Positions 54,122 to 63,390 of a stretch of 64,000 nucleotides of DNA are shown here, piece after piece. Position numbers and translations under genes: made by a program. Position 1 is the stretch's first letter, and each line of letters opens with the position of its first letter. The DNA is taken from sequence record MW825358.1. One strand, given 5' to 3'. Under the pieces are notes generated by a model. The model saw only the letters and a program-made list of their open reading frames with translations, searched no databases and was not told the DNA's origin.

Positions 54122-54862
54122 ATGAAGTACAAGACTCTGATCGTCTCCAACCTGCTGGCCGTTGCTGCTGTGCAGTATGCTCGCAACTTCAGCCTCCTGT
54201 CCACTGAGCCGGACCAGATCGACCAGGACACCCAGGAGTTTTCGATCACCTATCGTGAAAACGATCGCGACGCCCTGAAGCTGATCGGCACCCGTTTGAG
54301 CGAGCAGTACTTCTCGGTTTCCTTCGCTGGCGACGAGGAGCTGCTGAAGCTGATCGAAACCAACGGCTGGGAATCCAGTGCTCAGGCGGTGTACAACTTC
54401 CTGTCGGCCATCGATCCCAATGGCGTACCCACCGACTTCCAGTTCCACACCTACGACACGCCCGAATACACCGCCCTGGTGGACCAGGATGCGTTCGTGG
54501 AGATCGACGAACTGGAGCAGCTGCTGGGCATCGAGACTGACGATGAAGCCACGCAGGCCACGCTCAACCTGGCCGAGGCGGCACTGGATCAGCTCAATGA
54601 GATGGTCGAAGGCGCAATCCAGGACACGACCGAAGCGGTGGAAGAAGCCGCACACGAAACGGCCGAGATCCTCGAAGAGGCCGTGATTGAGGAAGAAACC
54701 CAGGCTACCAAGCCCGGGCTGTTTAGCCGTGCCTGCCGCTTTGTGGCGAACAGGCGCGTGGCCGCAACCCTGGTCGTCGGTACGGCGGTCGTGGGGATTG
54801 TAGGCGGGCTCCTGCTCAAGGATCGCCTGTCCAGTGCCGGTGTGGAGGTGGACCTTGCTTAA
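54122..54862 (+). CDS. Acidic protein with a C-terminal membrane anchor
   Basis: AAGGA RBS; ATLVVGTAVVGIVGGLLL followed by KDRLSSAGVEVDLA. Confidence 0.78.
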   Translation: MKYKTLIVSNLLAVAAVQYARNFSLLSTEPDQIDQDTQEFSITYRENDRDALKLIGTRLSEQYFSVSFAGDEELLKLIETNGWESSAQAVYNFLSAIDPNGVPTDFQFHTYDTPEYTALVDQDAFVEIDELEQLLGIETDDEATQATLNLAEAALDQLNEMVEGAIQDTTEAVEEAAHETAEILEEAVIEEETQATKPGLFSRACRFVANRRVAATLVVGTAVVGIVGGLLLKDRLSSAGVEVDLA

Positions 54863-54883
54863 CGGCGAGGTCTAACCAAAACA

Positions 54884-54910
54884 ATTTCACCGCTATACTC
54901 TCCTGGTGAA
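54884..54910 (+). promoter_or_regulatory. Putative early promoter
   Basis: ATTTCACCGCTATACTCTCCTGGTGAA. Confidence 0.55.
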
Positions 54911-54972
54911 GTCCGGCAATTAAGAATAAAAGAGACTTCACCAACCATCACTCACCAAGAGGAAATCGCATC

Positions 54973-55110
54973 ATGATCATCAACATCAAGCCCACCACCA
55001 AGTCCGTGATCAAGGAAGTGGCCCGCGTGGCCGCCTGCATGGGCGTCGTCGTGTTCGTCGGCTCCGTTGTCCAGGGCGCTGCTGCCCGGGCCTTCGGATA
55101 CGCCGAGTAA
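54973..55110 (+). CDS. 45-aa membrane protein (absent from the ORF track)
   Basis: GAGGA RBS; MIINIKPTTKSVIKEVARVAACMGVVVFVGSVVQGAAARAFGYAE*. Confidence 0.75.
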   Translation: MIINIKPTTKSVIKEVARVAACMGVVVFVGSVVQGAAARAFGYAE

Positions 55111-55165
55111 CCCTCGCCCCCAAGCCACGCTTCACCACCTCCCTTCCAATCAAAGGTATCGCATC

Positions 55166-55291
55166 ATGAACTTCATCATCCCCAAGACCCCGCTGGGCCA
55201 GCTGGCTGTCGGTTACATCGCTGTGGTGACCGCCCTGTCCACCACGATCTCCGTGGCGGCCATGGCCGGCCACGCTCTGCTGCGCCGCTAA
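55166..55291 (+). CDS. 41-aa membrane protein
   Basis: AAAGGT RBS; MNFIIPKTPLGQLAVGYIAVVTALSTTISVAAMAGHALLRR*. Confidence 0.75.
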   Translation: MNFIIPKTPLGQLAVGYIAVVTALSTTISVAAMAGHALLRR

Positions 55292-55414
55292 ATCTGGAGG
55301 CCTGCTGTGAAGGACCGAGTGCAACACACGGCTCGGTCCTCCAGTGAGGCCGAGCAGATCTTCAACAACAGCTTCAACCATCGCCCCACTCATTCATTCC
55401 AAGGAAAACATCGC

Positions 55415-55762
55415 ATGAACACCAACTCCAACGCCGCCCAGAACATCAACAACGACACCCTGTCCGACATCGACCGCGCCGCTACTGCCGCGCGCCTGCA
55501 GGCCGAGATCGACGAGCGCCAGGAACAGCTCAACAAGCTGCGCAGCGAGAACGATGCCAACGCCACCGGCGCCTCCAACGTGGCCAGCGAGCTGCGCAAG
55601 GGCAACAAGCTGCGTACCTTCCGCCGCGTGCTGGGCTGGACGGCCGGCGTGGGCGTGGTCGCCGTCGGTGCGGCCTACGTGATCGGTCGTGTCCGCGCCG
55701 CTGGCGTGGAAGTGCCGGTGGGCGAGGCCATCGACGCGGCCATCGACGCGGTCGGCAACTAA
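55415..55762 (+). CDS. 115-aa coiled-coil protein with a C-terminal membrane anchor
   Basis: AAGGA RBS before ATG 55415; VLGWTAGVGVVAVGAAYVIG then RVRAAGVEV. Confidence 0.78.
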   Translation: MNTNSNAAQNINNDTLSDIDRAATAARLQAEIDERQEQLNKLRSENDANATGASNVASELRKGNKLRTFRRVLGWTAGVGVVAVGAAYVIGRVRAAGVEVPVGEAIDAAIDAVGN

Positions 55763-55770
55763 GCCACCAG

Positions 55771-55821
55771 GCTGGCCCTCCTTCGGGAGGGCCAGCTGGC
55801 ATGGCTGGTTGTTTTTTTTTT
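55771..55821 (+). terminator. Intrinsic terminator with UUCG loop
   Basis: GCTGGCCCTCC-TTCG-GGAGGGCCAGC plus a downstream T run. Confidence 0.8.
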
Positions 55822-55878
55822 GTTGAGTACGGGCGGATCTTATGACTGATCATCTCCCAGCCCTTAGGAATTGTCCCT

Positions 55879-57540
55879 ATGCCCAGGTTCGCAATGGACG
55901 TACCACAGACCTACGAGAATATCGTACGGCCTGTCTCCCTGGAGATTGCCCAGCAGCTGGTCAAGATGTTGTATCTGCCTGGTAATGTTGAAGTGTTGAT
56001 GCCAGGTGCCTCAAAGACCACTAAGGTCCAAGGTACCACATTAGAAGACACCGATCCGACCAATCCGGCCTCGTTTAACCATGACAACCGCTTGAAAGTG
56101 GAGGTCACGGAAAACCCGGTCGAAGATCGCATCCTGACCACCGCTGTGCATCAAAAGGAAAACCTCCCCTTCTTTTTTGATCCCAAACTCGGGGTCCGCA
56201 TGTTCCCGGTGTACTCAGGAACAGAGCTGTCTTTTACTTTCACCTACCGTGCTGAAAATCGCACCTTGGCCCGCCGCTTTCGCAATGAGATGCTCTCACG
56301 TACTTCACAGATGCGTGAGGAGAACTTGCATGAGCTGAGCTACTACTATCTGGTTCCACCAGGCTTTGTAGCGTTGCTGCGGCATTTACATGAGCTGCGC
56401 GAAAACCAAGGTGGCTATGGTCAGGACTTTGACCATTGGGTCCAAGAGCATATCACGGCCAATGCCACGATCTTGACCAACCAAATTGGCGGGCAGCCGG
56501 CTTTGGCCATTGCTGAGTTCCAAACCAATTCCTTCGGCGTGTTCCAATTGGTGGGCACCGTTGAGGAAGAGGAAGAAGATAAACCTTCTGGTTCTTGGTT
56601 AGTGACCTTCCAATACAAGGTGGTCTTTGACCAGGTCATTCAAACCACCGCGCAGTGGCCTTTGATGGTGCACAATCAATTGATTGATGCTAAGTGGTAC
56701 GACAACGGCCCCAATGCGTCAGGACAACTGGTTGATCCCAATCGTCGTGCTCGCAAGCCCTCGCTTTCGCGTCATGCATTGGATCACTTCACCACCGTCT
56801 ATCCCAGTGCGTGTAAGACCCGCCTGCTCGATGGCGTGATCCTGCCTCAGTTTGACGAATGGCGCCCCACCACGGTCGTGCCAGAGACCAGTACGTTGAT
56901 CTCAGCGATGATTCAGATCGATCCGACCGCTCCGACCATCTTGTTTAACTTGATGGAAGATCTAGGTGGGTATCAGCTCAATCCAGAGCTGGAGGAGTTC
57001 ATCAAAGGCGAGGCACCGTACATGAACATCCGGGGAGCTTCGATCTTTGACCTGCGCTTGTTTATTGACGATGACCCGATGGATGATGACCTGGTGGTGG
57101 TCACCCCGGATCTGACGGTCACCACGCGTAACGTGTTGAACATTCGGCGTAACTATCACATTCGCCTGGCCCTGCTGAACAATCTGTTCTTGCTTGACGA
57201 TGCGGCCTGGCAACGCCTGCGTCGCGGCGGTGAGGCGGCTGTTCAATTGATCAACTGCCTGCAATACAAGTTGCTAGGCAAAGCCTTTACTCCGCGTCTG
57301 TTGGGTGGATACCTGATTCGTGATGATGACTTGCGCTTGATTGCGCAGCGCATTAACGATTTGAAGGTTCCACACAAGGGCGGCCTGGAACATGTCATGC
57401 TAACTGTCAACGGTGTTGTCATCGTTGCTAATCGGAGTTTAGAAAATGGGAATCGTCAAGGCAACGCCAACGGCGCCGCCACCGAAGGATCCGATCCAAG
57501 TCAAGATCCATTCACCGATCCAACCAACTGCGGTTGTTGA
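55879..57540 (+). CDS. Virion structural protein (phiKZ gp98-like by synteny)
   Basis: 553 aa, AGGA RBS. Confidence 0.6.
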   Translation: MPRFAMDVPQTYENIVRPVSLEIAQQLVKMLYLPGNVEVLMPGASKTTKVQGTTLEDTDPTNPASFNHDNRLKVEVTENPVEDRILTTAVHQKENLPFFFDPKLGVRMFPVYSGTELSFTFTYRAENRTLARRFRNEMLSRTSQMREENLHELSYYYLVPPGFVALLRHLHELRENQGGYGQDFDHWVQEHITANATILTNQIGGQPALAIAEFQTNSFGVFQLVGTVEEEEEDKPSGSWLVTFQYKVVFDQVIQTTAQWPLMVHNQLIDAKWYDNGPNASGQLVDPNRRARKPSLSRHALDHFTTVYPSACKTRLLDGVILPQFDEWRPTTVVPETSTLISAMIQIDPTAPTILFNLMEDLGGYQLNPELEEFIKGEAPYMNIRGASIFDLRLFIDDDPMDDDLVVVTPDLTVTTRNVLNIRRNYHIRLALLNNLFLLDDAAWQRLRRGGEAAVQLINCLQYKLLGKAFTPRLLGGYLIRDDDLRLIAQRINDLKVPHKGGLEHVMLTVNGVVIVANRSLENGNRQGNANGAATEGSDPSQDPFTDPTNCGC

Positions 57541-58834
57541 TACCCGCTATACCCCGCGTGCGTCCTTGCTCTCCTATGTGGAGGGTAGCTCGTGGGAAGT
57601 GCTGTACTACTCCCAGGTCTTGGGAGCAGGCTCTGAACCGGGCCCTTGGCAGTTGGAGCGCAATCCGACTGACCAGCAGTATGTGCGCATTGCCAATATG
57701 GAGATCAAGGTCACTGCGGCCTTATCGCCTAATGAAGATACCGAAGGGCGCTCGTTTGATGTGGTGGGGACTGCGACGGTCTATCCGCATATCAAGCCGA
57801 ACATCGGTGACATGTTCATTGCCGACATTGGCGATGGGCGTCGGGGTTTGTTTGCCATTACCGATGTCAACCGCAAGACCTACCTGCGTGAGTCTTATGC
57901 CGAGATCACCTACAACCTGGTGAACTATGCCGACTCACGTCCTGAGATCGAACAGGACTTAGAACGCAAGACCATCAAGCGTACGGTGTTCTACCGTGAG
58001 TTCTTGCAGTTTGGTCAGAACCCGCAGTTGCTGGAAGGTGAGTTCAACGTACTGCTGGATATGCAGCGCCTGTACGCGGATCTGCTGAACTTCTACCTGC
58101 GTGATTTCTATTCGGGCCAGTACCAAACGCTGTTGATCCCAGGTCAGGCCGGCCCGGCTTATGACAGCCATCTGACCAAGGCCATGGTGGATTGGATCTC
58201 AACGGATGAGTCGCCGATGATCAAGAAGGTGCGCATGCCGGTGGTCACTGCCAACGCTAACTCCCAAGCCTACACGCTGTGGGATGCGTTATCGCGGATG
58301 AACTACAGCTATCTGCAAGCGGCCATCCAACGGGCCCGGTTGCTGCCCACCAACGCCTTCAAAGGCATGCCAGAGATCTCTAGCATCTACTACACAGGCA
58401 TTGCCTATGTGGTGTGCCCGGAAGATCCGCGCACGGACGTGGATGCCCCACATGAGTGCAATCCGGTTACTTACTCTGGCGGCTCGCTGCTGGCCATGAC
58501 CCGACTGCGTTGGAAGGACTTGTTGCGCTACACCCCCACCGGTGTACTCAAGGGCTTTACCCCTGAAGACCCCAATGCCAGCCAGCTGCCTGATATCGTG
58601 CCGGTCACGATGGATGACTACTACGTGCTTTCAGAGAAGTTCTATCGCCCCAGCGATGCACCGATGGCCTCCAAGCTGGAAGTGCTGACCAAGCAAGGGT
58701 TGATGCAAGAACCCATCGATAAAGTCACCTTGCTTGCACTGGCCCGCTCGGCCATGAACTGGCCTAACTTAGAACGCTTCTACTACATGCCGATCCTCTT
58801 CGCGTTGATGAAGGTGGCTTTAAGGACTAACTGA
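57446..58834 (+). CDS. Virion structural protein (phiKZ gp99-like by synteny)
   Basis: 462 aa; GGAG RBS; 95-nt overlap with the upstream gene. Confidence 0.6.
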   Translation: MGIVKATPTAPPPKDPIQVKIHSPIQPTAVVDTRYTPRASLLSYVEGSSWEVLYYSQVLGAGSEPGPWQLERNPTDQQYVRIANMEIKVTAALSPNEDTEGRSFDVVGTATVYPHIKPNIGDMFIADIGDGRRGLFAITDVNRKTYLRESYAEITYNLVNYADSRPEIEQDLERKTIKRTVFYREFLQFGQNPQLLEGEFNVLLDMQRLYADLLNFYLRDFYSGQYQTLLIPGQAGPAYDSHLTKAMVDWISTDESPMIKKVRMPVVTANANSQAYTLWDALSRMNYSYLQAAIQRARLLPTNAFKGMPEISSIYYTGIAYVVCPEDPRTDVDAPHECNPVTYSGGSLLAMTRLRWKDLLRYTPTGVLKGFTPEDPNASQLPDIVPVTMDDYYVLSEKFYRPSDAPMASKLEVLTKQGLMQEPIDKVTLLALARSAMNWPNLERFYYMPILFALMKVALRTN

Positions 58835-59481
58835 TGTCTACACGTACTGTTGTGATTGAAAACTTCGTGCCACGCACTCCTCCGCCGGCACAACAATCTG
58901 CAGCGTACAAGATCTTCCACCATGAGTTTGCGGCCTCGGTCCCGTACATGTACATTTATTCGGAAGAATACATCCGTCAATCGGGTGTGGTCACCACCGA
59001 TAATGCCGTGTACGATGCCAAGTTGCCCACAACGCTAGTGGGGGGTCGTTGGACGCCTGCCCAGCTGGCGATGTTCTTGGATGAAGGGGCCACGATTCGT
59101 CTGGATAATCCTGCCGATGCCAAGGTCGTGTATGACATGGTCTTCCAGCATTTAGAAGACTGGCACAACGCCATTCGCAATACCGGCACCTTTGACTTTA
59201 TTGGCCCGCCTGAGCGTGAGCTGATGATGCTCTCGCGTCTGGCTGATAATCTCTACGGGTATGCGGCCCGCTTCTTTACCCAAGAACGTCCGCGTGGCTC
59301 TTTGGCCCGCCGCTTTGATCAAATCCGTGGGCGCAATGCCAAACTCGGTAGTGGTCGCAAGCGTGTGGATCCCAATGCACCGGTGCCAGAACAGAGCAAG
59401 CAGAAGATGGCAGACCACAATGGCTTTACCCAGACGATCCTGGGTGCAAAAGGTGTGGGCGGGAGTAACCGATGGAGCTAA
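58834..59481 (+). CDS. Conserved hypothetical protein (phiKZ gp100-like by synteny)
   Basis: 215 aa; TGATG coupling. Confidence 0.6.
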   Translation: MSTRTVVIENFVPRTPPPAQQSAAYKIFHHEFAASVPYMYIYSEEYIRQSGVVTTDNAVYDAKLPTTLVGGRWTPAQLAMFLDEGATIRLDNPADAKVVYDMVFQHLEDWHNAIRNTGTFDFIGPPERELMMLSRLADNLYGYAARFFTQERPRGSLARRFDQIRGRNAKLGSGRKRVDPNAPVPEQSKQKMADHNGFTQTILGAKGVGGSNRWS

Positions 59482-60839
59482 GGGAATCGCCTTTGTGGCA
59501 AGAGATTCAAACCATTGCCTTTGACCAAACGTCTCTCGCCCCCTTGTATGCCTACAAGGTCGAGTTTAAAACCAGCGAGGGCACCACCGTGCCCTTTAAG
59601 GTGATCTCCTTGTATATCAAGCGAGAATACAGTCAGTCCTTTGGTGATGAGATCATCTTAGAGGCCATGTTCCCAGCTGGGGACTACCACTATGACATCT
59701 ATCCCTACAAGCAGAACTTGCTTGCCACGGTGACACGAGAAGGGCGTCAGCGCAGCAGTGATACGGCACTGGCCACCCCTGAGCGGATTGCCCAGCAATA
59801 CCGGGCGGTGTTAATGGAGGACAACTCAGCCACGGTTATCGGTGCTCGTAACAACGTGCAGTCCAAACAGGCAATGAACTTGTCTGACGTGGTGACGGTA
59901 CAGTTCCAGCTGATTGATCTGGCCTTAGAGCGCATTCGGATGCACTCGGTGGGTGGGTTGTTCCGTAACGTTACCCCTGCATCGGTGGTGGAGTATGTGC
60001 TGACCACCGTCAGTACGGGCATGCAGCTGGATGAGGCCAATATGATCAAGGGAGTGGACATGGTCCCTTCCCCCAATCAAGATGCCTACCAGCACATCGT
60101 CATTCCGCACGGTACCCGCTTCCCCGACTTTCCTGGGTTTATGAACCGCAAGGTTGGCGGGATCTACCCGGCCGGGATGGGGGTGTACCTGCAAAGTCAA
60201 CAATGGTATGTGTATCCACTGTTTGACTTGACCCGGTTTGACAATCCAGGTACCTCCAAAACCTTGACCTTGTTTAACCTCCCCACCAATCAGCTACCCA
60301 ATGTGGAAACGACCTATCGCACCACGGCCAATCAAGTTTTGGCATTGGTGACAGGAGACGTGTCCCATGTAGATTTGAGTGAAACCAAATTACTCAATGA
60401 AGGTAACGGTACGCGCTACTTAGATGCACGTACGGTGGTAGATACGTTTGCTGTGACTGGCACCGGTGATAACAAAGCCGCTGTGACACGTGCAGAGAAC
60501 AACAATGAATTTGTCACCGATGTCCGGCAGACAGGACTGAACAATGTGGTGACCTCCGGGGCACGCATTACCTCCAATAAGTTCTTGGAGATGTCTAAGC
60601 TGGCCGCACGAACTGGAGCTAACATCCAGTGTACTTGGCAGAACTCAGATCCTACGCTGATCCAGCCTGGGATGCCGGTCAAGTTCATGTATATCAAGGA
60701 CGATCAAGTTCGCGAACTCCACGGTGTCGTGTTAGGCGCGATTCACTACGTTCAAACCTACGGTAAGGGTGTGACTGAATCACGCCACATTGTCGAATCT
60801 GTCCTCAATCTGTTCGTTGAACGCGAGCAAAGTATTTAA
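59472..60839 (+). CDS. Baseplate hub-like virion protein (phiKZ gp101-like)
   Basis: 455 aa, beta-rich; IQPGMPV..Y late-fold pattern typical of hub proteins; synteny. Confidence 0.6.
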   Translation: MELRESPLWQEIQTIAFDQTSLAPLYAYKVEFKTSEGTTVPFKVISLYIKREYSQSFGDEIILEAMFPAGDYHYDIYPYKQNLLATVTREGRQRSSDTALATPERIAQQYRAVLMEDNSATVIGARNNVQSKQAMNLSDVVTVQFQLIDLALERIRMHSVGGLFRNVTPASVVEYVLTTVSTGMQLDEANMIKGVDMVPSPNQDAYQHIVIPHGTRFPDFPGFMNRKVGGIYPAGMGVYLQSQQWYVYPLFDLTRFDNPGTSKTLTLFNLPTNQLPNVETTYRTTANQVLALVTGDVSHVDLSETKLLNEGNGTRYLDARTVVDTFAVTGTGDNKAAVTRAENNNEFVTDVRQTGLNNVVTSGARITSNKFLEMSKLAARTGANIQCTWQNSDPTLIQPGMPVKFMYIKDDQVRELHGVVLGAIHYVQTYGKGVTESRHIVESVLNLFVEREQSI

Positions 60840-60848
60840 GGAGTTGTC

Positions 60849-61358
60849 ATGTCCAATCCCACAGCCCATGATAAATTGCTGGGCCTTATCAACGCTGCCA
60901 ACCCGGGGAAGAACTTCACGCTGGAGGAAATCTCCTTCGGCGCACCTTCCACGGTGACGGGTACGAAAAACACGCAAGTCACAGTGACCGCCCAAAGCGG
61001 CTCGCCCTATAGCGGCTCGCGCCAGGTGACCTACAACCGTGTGTCACTGGCGGGCGCACCGGGTGTAGAGAGTACCGAGTTCACAATGGACCCGGACTGG
61101 GTCAACATTGCAGATCTGATTCCCGCCGTGGCAGCCCGCTTCGGTCGTTTGATCGATGCCAGTGATATCACCGACGGCGCCCTGCCGGCGGCGGATCAAG
61201 ACGGGGTCATCACTGTACTCCTGACAGCTGCGACCAGTTCGCTGTTGTGGATTGGTTCTGTGCAGCTGACCATCGTGCCGGCTTTGATCCCGCTGTCTGA
61301 AGCCATTGCCAACAATGAGTTGGACGGTCTGGATCTTGACGATCTGACTGTGAGCTAA
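60849..61358 (+). CDS. Tail fibre/tail-tip family module (phiKZ gp131-135 N-terminus-like)
   Basis: LINAAN...NTQVTVTA...YSGSRQVTYNRVSL motif. Confidence 0.65.
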   Translation: MSNPTAHDKLLGLINAANPGKNFTLEEISFGAPSTVTGTKNTQVTVTAQSGSPYSGSRQVTYNRVSLAGAPGVESTEFTMDPDWVNIADLIPAVAARFGRLIDASDITDGALPAADQDGVITVLLTAATSSLLWIGSVQLTIVPALIPLSEAIANNELDGLDLDDLTVS

Positions 61359-61367
61359 GAAAAACGG

Positions 61368-61404
61368 CATAGACCCCTCCCCGGTTAAGGGGAGGGGCTT
61401 TATG
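61368..61404. terminator. Bidirectional hairpin flanked by CATA/TATG
   Basis: CCCCTCCCC/GGGGAGGGG between convergent genes. Confidence 0.78.
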
Positions 61405-61411
61405 CTGTCGA

Positions 61412-61864
61412 TTACTTCTGAGCGACCTTCATCCAGGGCCGCTCATCGCGCGGCTCAGGGTTCCAAGGACTGACGGCCACGAACTTGTACTTCTTCAAGT
61501 CATCGCGGGTGGAGAGCTTGATCTGGCGGTTATCCAGATAGAAGGCTTCTGTAAAGTCCTCAGAGGCCACCTCACACAAGCAATGACCTTCTCCGGTCTC
61601 TACATAGCACACCACCAGGCGCACGTTGTAGCCGTAGCGCCGGGCACCATCGGCGGCAACCAGTGCAAACTCTTCACAGTCACCTGTAAAGCGCGTCACA
61701 CCCGACCGGCCGATATTGAGCAGCGTGGACGAATCCTCCCAGCGCTCCACCATCCCATGCTTTTGCTGGTCGGTGATATAGGTGAACTTCTCACGGATCT
61801 GGCGGTGCAGGTCAGAAAGCTGACCGTAGGCGCCCCGGGCAAAGCCTTGTTGGTCATTACTCAT
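61412..61864 (-). CDS. Transglutaminase-like cysteine protease (BTLCP/LapG-like) catalytic domain
   Basis: YITDQQKHG..ERW, GDCEEFA (Cys), GEGHC (His) and YLDN (Asp). Confidence 0.85.
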   Translation of the reverse strand: MSNDQQGFARGAYGQLSDLHRQIREKFTYITDQQKHGMVERWEDSSTLLNIGRSGVTRFTGDCEEFALVAADGARRYGYNVRLVVCYVETGEGHCLCEVASEDFTEAFYLDNRQIKLSTRDDLKKYKFVAVSPWNPEPRDERPWMKVAQK

Positions 61865-62028
61865 TAGCAGGCACCTCCACGCTTACGAAGATCCACACAC
61901 CCCGGAGGCGGGGCGGTGGTGCCCTCAGTCTTCAACGGAGCCGAACCACGCGGCTGTGCGGTAGAGGCACAGCCGTACAATCCACCAACGCTCAGCGTCA
62001 GCAGAAGAGCAACAAGAAACGCTTTCAT
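61864..62028 (-). CDS. 54-aa lipoprotein resembling the BTLCP N-terminal segment (absent from the ORF track)
   Basis: MKAFLVALLLTLSVGGLYG|CAS lipobox; TTAPPPGCVDLRKRGGAC*; TAATG overlap with the protease gene. Confidence 0.78.
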   Translation of the reverse strand: MKAFLVALLLTLSVGGLYGCASTAQPRGSAPLKTEGTTAPPPGCVDLRKRGGAC

Positions 62029-62126
62029 GGAACGAAACTCCGGCAGTAAGGTTATCTATACGATACGACGTAAATGATTACAGGCATTTGTGAATGATGT
62101 GTCTATTACCGTTTACGTGAGTCGTC

Positions 62127-62873
62127 ATGAGCAGTCACCAGCCCTCTGGGCATTTCATTGTTATCGAGGGCCCGGACGGCTCAGGCAAGACCACGCAGCT
62201 CAAGCTTCTAAAGGACTGGCTGGAAAACGCCGGTCATGAGGTCGTGGTAGCCCGCGAGCCAGGCGGGACCAAGTGGGGGATGGAAATCCGCCGGATCTTC
62301 CTGGAAGGTCAAGGTGAGCTAGACCCCATGGCCGAGGTCATGTTGCTGTTGGCTGCCAAGGCACAGGTATTACGCGAGGTGATCTATCCGGCCTACAACA
62401 CCGGCAAGATCGTGCTCATGGATCGCTACAGCGACTCCCTGCTGGCCTACCAGGGCGGTGGTCGCCAGTTGGGACTGCGTGTCCTCCAGGACGTCCTAAG
62501 GGCCGCTGAGTTGAACTTCCCTCCGACCTTGTCAATCTACATTGACACGACCCTGGAGACCTGTATGCAGCGCATCTCAATGCGCCCAGGCGCGGAGAAC
62601 AACTCCATCGATGCATTAGGCACGGCCTATCATCAGCGAGTGCATCGGGTGTATCACCAACTGGCAGAAGATGCCCGACTGTGTGGTCGTCCCTACGCGG
62701 TGGTCGATGGAGGTTCTTCGGCAGAGGATGTTCATCTTGATGTCCTATCGCATCTACCTAATGCATTGCACAAGCACTCTCCAGTGCGGGCTATGCAAGG
62801 GCGTGGAAGCTTTGGAGGCGTCTTTCAGGTTATCGAAGAAAGTCCTGTGTGTGAGGTAGCGCTGCGTGACTGA
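62127..62873 (+). CDS. tmk: Thymidylate kinase
   Basis: FIVIEGPDGSGKTT, REPGGT and DRYSDS..AYQG motifs. Confidence 0.95.
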   Translation: MSSHQPSGHFIVIEGPDGSGKTTQLKLLKDWLENAGHEVVVAREPGGTKWGMEIRRIFLEGQGELDPMAEVMLLLAAKAQVLREVIYPAYNTGKIVLMDRYSDSLLAYQGGGRQLGLRVLQDVLRAAELNFPPTLSIYIDTTLETCMQRISMRPGAENNSIDALGTAYHQRVHRVYHQLAEDARLCGRPYAVVDGGSSAEDVHLDVLSHLPNALHKHSPVRAMQGRGSFGGVFQVIEESPVCEVALRD

Positions 62874-63387
62874 ACTGACCAACAAACAATTGCTGACCGA
62901 GCTGGAACAAAAGATGCGCCTGGGCGATAACGACCGGGACTATCTAATCAACCAGCTCATGATCCTGACGGCGGTCTTAAGTCATGTCAAAGACAAGGAC
63001 ACCGGATTAGGCCGTGCTGCGCTGGGTGGGATCCACTACTGCGTGAACCGCCTGCGTATCCTTTGGCGTGAACCCGAAGCGCCTGAGGGCAAGTCGTTAG
63101 AGGAGCTAGAAGAGATCTATGCCAAGATCGAACTGGGTCGCTTTGCGCAAAGTGAGGTCGAGCTGCGCAAGGCCGCGCTTAAGTACAAGGACGGCTATGT
63201 CTTAGTGCGCGCCCACAAGATCGAAGTCCAAGACCGGACCTTCTATCTGTTAAGTAGTGCCAAGGACCAGACCACTTCGGAGGGTAGACGCTTAACCACC
63301 GGCGAGTTGCTGGAGACAAGCGACCCTGGCGTGCCAAACTTTCAACGCGTATTGCAGGAGCTGCAGTCCGCTCACCAAGGATCTTGA
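62866..63387 (+). CDS. Hypothetical protein
   Basis: 173 aa; overlaps the tmk stop. Confidence 0.65.
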   Translation: MTELTNKQLLTELEQKMRLGDNDRDYLINQLMILTAVLSHVKDKDTGLGRAALGGIHYCVNRLRILWREPEAPEGKSLEELEEIYAKIELGRFAQSEVELRKAALKYKDGYVLVRAHKIEVQDRTFYLLSSAKDQTTSEGRRLTTGELLETSDPGVPNFQRVLQELQSAHQGS

Positions 63388-63390
63388 TGC

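Noticed and set aside
57446-57540. 95-nt overlap between two virion genes as a recoding site
   Set aside because: The downstream gene has its own GGAG RBS and ATG, and no slippery sequence was seen.
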